Source: an uncultured Acidobacteriota bacterium (GTDB lineage Bacteria > Acidobacteriota > Thermoanaerobaculia > Multivoradales > UBA5704). From it: a stretch of 64,000 nt of DNA. Position 1 is the stretch's first letter, and every line of letters begins with the position of its first letter. The notes under the pieces are model-generated. The model had not been told where the DNA came from. It saw nothing but the letters and a program-made list of their open reading frames with translations, and searched no databases. The stretch spans positions 1,771,730 to 1,835,729 of the forward strand of contig OY970373.1 of assembly GCA_963718645.1 (NCBI GenBank). Reading direction: 5' to 3'. Below are positions 58,763 through 64,000 of this stretch, piece by piece. The position numbers and the translations under genes are program-made.

Positions 58763-60139
58763 TCAGGAAGGCTTGGCGGGGAGATCGGGATGCTTGCGCG
58801 TACGCTTGAGGAGGCCCGAGACCTCACGGACGAGATCGAGGCCCGCCTGGTTCATGCGGGCGGCGTTGGAGAAGACCAGGAGCGCCGCGATCGCCTCACG
58901 ATGGGTGTTGTAGGACTGGAAGGTCGCCAGGGTCTCCTCGGCGACACGGCTGACGTCGGCCGGCCTCCCTTGCAGGATGTAGACGCCGGCGAGGTCGAGG
59001 GCGGCGAGGGCGGCGTCGTAGTCGAGCCCGAGGTCGCGGAAGGAGTCCCGGACCTCGCGGAAGGCCGCCTCCGCCTGGTCGATCCGCTTCAGTCCGAACG
59101 CCACGACCCCCTCCAGCCAGCGCAGCTTGAGGAGGTTCATGCGGTCGCCGGCCTGAAGATAGAGCGGCCGCGTGTGGTAGAGCAGCGCGAACGCCTCGCG
59201 CACCCGGCCCGCTTCGTTGAGGGCGTTGATCAGGTTATGGCGGGCGGCGAGAAAGAGGCGCGGATCGGCCTGCGGATCGATGAGGTCGAGGGCGCGCCGC
59301 AGCAGCTTCATCTCCCCCTCGCCGTCGCCCGCTTCGCCGCAGATCAGCGCCTTCTGCAGCAGCGTGCGGCCGAGCAGGCTCCACTGCCCCAGCTTCTTGT
59401 AGATCGCGGCGGCCCGGTCCAGGATCTGCGCGGCCTCCCCGAACCGCTGCTGCTCCTTGCGCCAGGAGGCCAGGAGCGAGAGCACCTTGGCTTTTTCGAT
59501 CAGGGTGACGGGCCCCTCGTTCAGCAGCGCCTCGGCCTTGTCGAAAGCGGTCTCGGCGCTGGCGAGGTCGACGTTGATCCGGAAGGCGTTGCCGAGATGA
59601 GCCCAGGCCCGGGTCCTCAGCCCCGCGAGCCCCTCGTCGCCACCGCACTCCCCCACCGTCAACTGATCGGCGGCGAGCACCGCCAGCCGGCCGATCTCGA
59701 TCGCGCGGCGCGGATCCTCGAAGCAGGCTTCGGAGCTCCCCTCGATCAGGCGCTCGCAGAGCATCCGGTTGCGGAAGCGCTGGCTGTTGGCCAGCAGCAG
59801 GTGCCGGCGCTCGGCTGGGCACTGCAGCAGCTCCTCGTAGAGCCGGCGGCCGACCGACCGCTGCGCGGCCAGTTGGGAGCCGGTGACCAGGATCCGCTCG
59901 AAGACCCGATCCAGGACGACGTCGTAGCCGTCCCGGAGGGCGTCGTTCGCGGTCTCGCCGGCGGCGAAATCCTGCGGTCCTTCGAAGGCCTCGACGGGCT
60001 CCCAGAGGGTCTCCGTCACGTCCTGGCAGCGCGGACAGCCGGCCAGCAGATGGCGCGCGATCTCGCGCATCTCCGACGAGCCGAGCCGCCCGAGCACGAA
60101 CTGCTCGAGCGCGTCGGGCTTCGGATGGCGCGGGCTCAT
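58763..60139 (-). CDS. Zinc anti-sigma (ZAS-like) N-domain fused to TPR-like solenoid (copy 2)
   Basis: HPKPDALEQF...HLLAGCPRC; TPR-like helices; LRWLEG, YDAALAALDLA, HREAIAAL; ATGA overlap with upstream sigma. Confidence 0.8.
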   Translation of the reverse strand: MSPRHPKPDALEQFVLGRLGSSEMREIARHLLAGCPRCQDVTETLWEPVEAFEGPQDFAAGETANDALRDGYDVVLDRVFERILVTGSQLAAQRSVGRRLYEELLQCPAERRHLLLANSQRFRNRMLCERLIEGSSEACFEDPRRAIEIGRLAVLAADQLTVGECGGDEGLAGLRTRAWAHLGNAFRINVDLASAETAFDKAEALLNEGPVTLIEKAKVLSLLASWRKEQQRFGEAAQILDRAAAIYKKLGQWSLLGRTLLQKALICGEAGDGEGEMKLLRRALDLIDPQADPRLFLAARHNLINALNEAGRVREAFALLYHTRPLYLQAGDRMNLLKLRWLEGVVAFGLKRIDQAEAAFREVRDSFRDLGLDYDAALAALDLAGVYILQGRPADVSRVAEETLATFQSYNTHREAIAALLVFSNAARMNQAGLDLVREVSGLLKRTRKHPDLPAKPS

Positions 60140-60666
60140 CCCGCCTTCCTCCGACAGACCCCGGCGCCGATCAGTTGGCGCGTCAGGGCGGCGAGACATC
60201 GGGTCGTGACCTTGCTGATGCTGGCCGGGCTGTAGCCCAGCCGCTCCGCCAGCTCCGGCGGATCGTAGCCCTGGCGATACCGCAACCAGAGCAGCGACCG
60301 GCAGCGCTCCGGAAGCCGCTCGAGGGCCAGCGTCAGATCGCGGTGGCGATCGTCGCCCTCCTGGGCGGGCGCGACGGGATCCGCCATCACCTCGAGCACC
60401 GTGGCATCGACGGAGTCGTAGAGCTTGCGGCGCTGCTCCCGCCAGTAGAGCAGACACTTGTTGCGAAGGGTGCCCAGCAGCCACGCTTCCTCGTCGCGGA
60501 TCGCCTCGCGGTGGTAGATCAGCGCCAGCAGCGCCTGCTGCAGGATGTCTTCTGTGTCCTGGGGCGGAATTCGGAAGTGGGCGAACAGGGACTTCAGACG
60601 CGGTCGGACCTGCCTGAGAAAACCCTCAAGCGACGACTCGACTTGAGGGTGATCCAGGGCACTCAT
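60136..60666 (-). CDS. ECF sigma factor (copy 3)
   Basis: DTEDILQ, AWLLG; sigma4 LWLRYRQGY...ELAERLG...SISKVTTRCLAAL. Confidence 0.85.
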   Translation of the reverse strand: MSALDHPQVESSLEGFLRQVRPRLKSLFAHFRIPPQDTEDILQQALLALIYHREAIRDEEAWLLGTLRNKCLLYWREQRRKLYDSVDATVLEVMADPVAPAQEGDDRHRDLTLALERLPERCRSLLWLRYRQGYDPPELAERLGYSPASISKVTTRCLAALTRQLIGAGVCRRKAG

Positions 60667-60799
60667 CGTCTTGGTTGAAGGCTCTTCCAAACTTCACGAT
60701 ACAATAACACTGTCCTGGATCGTTGTCCAGCCGCCCCTTGTGCCGGGGCGCGGCGGGCATCGAGCCGCCGCATGCATCCCGCGCCGCGAACCTTCGAGG

Positions 60800-61006
60800 T
60801 CAGTGACCGCCGTTGGGATCGATCCGGATCCCCGATTTCCACAGCACGTCGATCACCGTGCTCCTGATCCAGCCGGCGATTCCCGGGGCCGCGGGGTGGA
60901 TGTGCGGACGCACTCTGGGGGCGGCGCCGGCCGCGCTCACCGTCAGCAGCGAGAGGGCGAGCACCAGGACGGAAGCAGCGGCGCGACGAGCTTTGAGCTG
61001 GACCAT
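60800..61006 (-). CDS. Small secreted peptide ending GIRIDPNGGH
   Basis: RBS GAAAGGAAAC; signal peptide MVQLKARRAAASVLVLALSLLTVSAAGA; 68 aa. Confidence 0.7.
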   Translation of the reverse strand: MVQLKARRAAASVLVLALSLLTVSAAGAAPRVRPHIHPAAPGIAGWIRSTVIDVLWKSGIRIDPNGGH

Positions 61007-61173
61007 GGAAGTTTCCTTTCGAAACGCCTGCATGGCGGAAATCGCCACCGGCGCGAGCGAGAGCTCTCCAGAGTAGTGTTACCGCAGGACCCTCGGAAAG
61101 GACAGCGAGCAGCGTTTCGCCTTCACGACACCGCCGGGCGCCGGAAGCGGGATCTCGGGAGTGGGACGGGAGC

Positions 61174-61704
61174 TTAGGGCTCGGGCGGGTGGAAGCCGGC
61201 GCCGACGAGCTGTTCGGTCAGCGCCGCCAGGCAGCGGCGGGTCACCTTGCGGATGCTCGACTTGCAGTAGCCCATCCGCTCCGCGGTCTCGGCGGTGTTG
61301 CAGCCGAAGCCGTAGCGGAGGCGGAGCAGGGAGCGGCAGCGGTCCGGCAGGTTGGAGAGCATCGAGTCGAGGTCGTGGCGCAGATCGGCGCTCTCCTGCG
61401 GCGGCGCCTCGACGTCGGCGAGCAGCTCGAGGATGGCGGAATCGACCAGGTCCCAGAGCTTCGCCCGGTGCTTGCGCCAGTAGATGATGCAGCGGTTGGC
61501 GAGGGTGGCCACCAGCCAGGCGTCGTGGTTGCGGATGGTCGCCGCCTTGGAGACCAGGATCAGGAAGGTCTCCTGCAGCAGGTCGTCGGCGTCCTGCGCC
61601 GGGATCCGATAGCGGCTGAGCACCCGCTTGAGCCTCGGCTCGGCCCGCGCGAGGATCTCCTCGAGGGAAGGCTCCGCCAGATCGGGTGGGACCGAAGAGT
61701 TCAT
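61174..61704 (-). CDS. ECF sigma factor (copy 2)
   Basis: DADDLLQETF, AWLVA; LRLRYGFG...ETAERMGY..SSIRKVTRRCLAAL. Confidence 0.85.
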   Translation of the reverse strand: MNSSVPPDLAEPSLEEILARAEPRLKRVLSRYRIPAQDADDLLQETFLILVSKAATIRNHDAWLVATLANRCIIYWRKHRAKLWDLVDSAILELLADVEAPPQESADLRHDLDSMLSNLPDRCRSLLRLRYGFGCNTAETAERMGYCKSSIRKVTRRCLAALTEQLVGAGFHPPEP

Positions 61705-61822
61705 CGCTCGCCTGAGTGTATCCGAGAATTCAGCTTGACAGCCCTCCCCGCGCTCGTCCGGCGGACGGGAGAGATCGTGGAGGGGAGCCCGGCCGGCCTC
61801 CCGCAGGACAGGGAGCTGGCCT

Positions 61823-63223
61823 CTAGCGGGCTTCCCTGGAACGGAAGCTCCCGGTGGCACGGGACTCCTTGAGATAGCCGGTGACATCCCGGATCAATCC
61901 CAATGTGACGCGCTCCATCTCCGCCGCCTTCTGAAAGACGAACAGCGCCGCGATGGCCTCCCGGTGGATGTCCCGCGAGCGGAAGATGGGGAGCATCTCT
62001 TCGGCGAGGCGCCGCATCTCGGGCCCCCGCCCCTGGCGGGCGTAGATGGTGGCCAGATCGAGGGAGAGCAGGGCGGCGTCATAGCCCAGCTCGCGATCGA
62101 TCAGCTCCTTCTGGACGCCGCGCAGGAAGGCCTCGGCCTCCCCGAAATGCCCGAGGGCGCTGGCGATCTTCCCCTCCAGCCAGCGCAGGCGCAGGAGTCC
62201 CATCTGATCGCCGACCTGGTGGTAGAGGGGCCGCGCGTTCTCGAGGAGCCGCAGGGCCTCCGCATACCGTCCCCCCTCGGCGAGAGAGAGAGTGAGGTTG
62301 TGCTGGGCCGCGATGATCAGGCGCGGTTCGGCTGCGGGATCGACCTTCCGCAGCCCTTCGGTCAGATGGCGGATGGCGGCCTCCGGATCGTTCGCGAGCC
62401 CGAGGAGGAAGCCGCGCGTGATCATCGCCTTGCCGCACAGGTGCGAATCGCCGCAGCGGCGGCCGAGGGCCATCACCCGGTCGAGCAGTTGGAAAGCTTC
62501 CCGGAAGCGCTGCTGGTTGCCGCGCAACGAAGCCTTGAGCAGGAGCGCGTGGGCCTTCTCCACCGGATCGCCGGTGCCGCTCTTGAGCGACCGCTCGGCG
62601 CGGGAGAAGCACTTCTCCGCGGCGGCGAAATCGCCCCGGATGCGCAGCGCGTGGCCGAGCGCGGCCGCGGCGCGCGCCCGCAGGTCGTGGACCCGCGGCT
62701 CGCCGTAGACAGCGCCTCCGAGGTGCCCGGCGATCTGGTCGCCGAGGATCGACAGCTCCAGCGCCCGCCCTGGATCCTCGGCCCCCCATTCCCGGGCGGT
62801 CTCCAGCGCCAGGGCGCACAGCTCCCAGGTCCGGTAACGCGGCTCTCCGGCCACCCACTCGCTCCGAAGGTCCACCGGCACGTCCAGCAACTCGCGCAGC
62901 AGCTCCGGAGCCGCCGCCCGCTCCGCCTCCAACGCGGCCTGGCTCGCCTCGACGGTGCTCCAGGAGCCCGCGAAGGCGGCGCCGTAATCGCGGCCATCGC
63001 GGTCATCGCGCGCCGCCCGGCCGCGCGGGGACGCCTTCGCGCTCCCCTCCTCCACCCCTGCCGATGCCGGAGGCAGGAATCCGGCCGTGACCCGGCGGCA
63101 GTCCTCGCAGTCGGTGAGCAGGTGGCGGACGACCTCGCGGTTCCGGCGGCGCTGCAGCCGGCCCCGGCCGAAGCGGGCCAGCAGGGTCGGATGCGGGTGG
63201 TTCTCGGACCCCCGACTATCCAT
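61823..63223 (-). CDS. Zinc anti-sigma (ZAS-like) N-domain fused to TPR-like solenoid (copy 1)
   Basis: HPHPTLLARF...HLLTDCEDC; LRWLEG, YDAALLSLDLA, DIHREAIAAL; 8-nt overlap with upstream sigma. Confidence 0.8.
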   Translation of the reverse strand: MDSRGSENHPHPTLLARFGRGRLQRRRNREVVRHLLTDCEDCRRVTAGFLPPASAGVEEGSAKASPRGRAARDDRDGRDYGAAFAGSWSTVEASQAALEAERAAAPELLRELLDVPVDLRSEWVAGEPRYRTWELCALALETAREWGAEDPGRALELSILGDQIAGHLGGAVYGEPRVHDLRARAAAALGHALRIRGDFAAAEKCFSRAERSLKSGTGDPVEKAHALLLKASLRGNQQRFREAFQLLDRVMALGRRCGDSHLCGKAMITRGFLLGLANDPEAAIRHLTEGLRKVDPAAEPRLIIAAQHNLTLSLAEGGRYAEALRLLENARPLYHQVGDQMGLLRLRWLEGKIASALGHFGEAEAFLRGVQKELIDRELGYDAALLSLDLATIYARQGRGPEMRRLAEEMLPIFRSRDIHREAIAALFVFQKAAEMERVTLGLIRDVTGYLKESRATGSFRSREAR

Positions 63224-63761
63224 CCTGAGGCTCCCCCTGAACCTCCTGATCGAACCCGACCGCGAGGAGCTGCCGGGTGAGAGCCGCGAGACAGCGATTG
63301 GTGACTTTCCGGATGCTGGAGGTGCGATAGCCCATCTGCTCGGCGACCTCGGTGGGGCCGTAGCCGAGCCCGTAGCGCAGCTTGAGGAGGGAGCGGCAGC
63401 GGATCGACAGGCGCGCCATCACCCGGTTGAGGTCCCAGGTGAGCTCGGTCTTCTCCTGGTCCGGCGCCTGCGGCACCGCGAGCAGGTCGAGGATCGCCGT
63501 GTCGACCGCCTCGCAGAGGCTGCCGCGGCGCTTGCGCCAGTACATGATGCACTTCTTCTTGACCGTCCCGATCAGCCAGCTCTCGGGGCTGCGGATCTTG
63601 TCCCACTTGTAGAGGAGCGTGAGCTGGGCATCCTGCAGGATGTCCTCAGCGTCTTCGGGAGGGATCTCGAAATTCCGCAGCACGCGCTCCAGGCGGGGCC
63701 TGGAGGTCTTCAGCAGAATGTTGAGCGATTCCCGGAGTTCAGGATGGTCAAGAGTTGCCAT
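63216..63761 (-). CDS. ECF sigma factor (copy 1)
   Basis: DAEDILQDA, SWLIG; LKLRYGLGY...EVAEQMGY..SSIRKVTNRCLAAL. Confidence 0.85.
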   Translation of the reverse strand: MATLDHPELRESLNILLKTSRPRLERVLRNFEIPPEDAEDILQDAQLTLLYKWDKIRSPESWLIGTVKKKCIMYWRKRRGSLCEAVDTAILDLLAVPQAPDQEKTELTWDLNRVMARLSIRCRSLLKLRYGLGYGPTEVAEQMGYRTSSIRKVTNRCLAALTRQLLAVGFDQEVQGEPQDG

Positions 63762-63870
63762 AGAAACGATTGAGTGCCGTCGACAGCCGCTAGGCTAGCA
63801 CCCCGTTCGCCCCCTGTCCATAGCGAAGGAAAGATCTCTTCCAGGGCTCCGGAGCCTCCGGTTCGGCCCT

Positions 63871-63914
63871 GAAACGAAACGGGAAACGAAACGGCGGCCC
63901 CGGGGAGCCGCCGT
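63871..63914 (-). terminator. Probable Rho-independent terminator of an upstream minus-strand gene
   Basis: Minus strand ACGGCGGCTCC-CC-GGGGCCGCCGT followed by TTCGTTTC; a frame ending ...VPVAVTV* enters at 63976-64000. Confidence 0.55.
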
Positions 63915-64000
63915 GACGAACGGGTGACGGAAAGCGGCTCTAAGTGCCGTCTTCCAGGTGCCGGGGTGTCGTCGATCAGACGGTGACCGCCACAGGGACC

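Noticed and set aside
58763-60484. 573-aa version of the ZAS-TPR ORF
   Set aside because: The extension overlaps the sigma gene in another frame; the start at 60139 gives ATGA coupling and matches the paralog's N-terminus

Overview
High-GC bacterial chromosome segment. Gene content suggests Acidobacteriota, probably Thermoanaerobaculia-like (inferred from fused LptF-LptG, a long LptC/LptA-type protein, CarD and expanded TPR/ECF paralogs). The housekeeping backbone has pilT, a UbiB kinase, purC, pepA, oppD/F, a TolC-Yip1-MacAB-type exporter, tRNA-Leu(CAA), carD, priA, accA, recJ, lptC/A-lptB-rpoN-ptsN-hprK-rapZ-EIIA-ptsH-ptsI, miaB, DUF151, parAB, queD and lptFG. Accessory pieces interrupt it: (i) an AT-richer operon for a transmembrane TIR protein plus a secreted TPR protein; (ii) a 42-bp-period hairpin array; (iii) a secreted EndoU nuclease with a YacL-like neighbour; (iv) a REP-cluster-flanked TIR-NB-ARC-WD40 gene with variable WD40 repeats; (v) at the right end, three paralogous ECF sigma factors, two zinc-anti-sigma/TPR proteins and a small secreted peptide ending in IDPNG. 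Item (v) is the best candidate for an undescribed peptide-signalling system. Several families of intergenic palindromic repeats occur. No CRISPR-Cas, transposase or integrase was recognised. All calls come from motif recognition by eye; no database searches were run.
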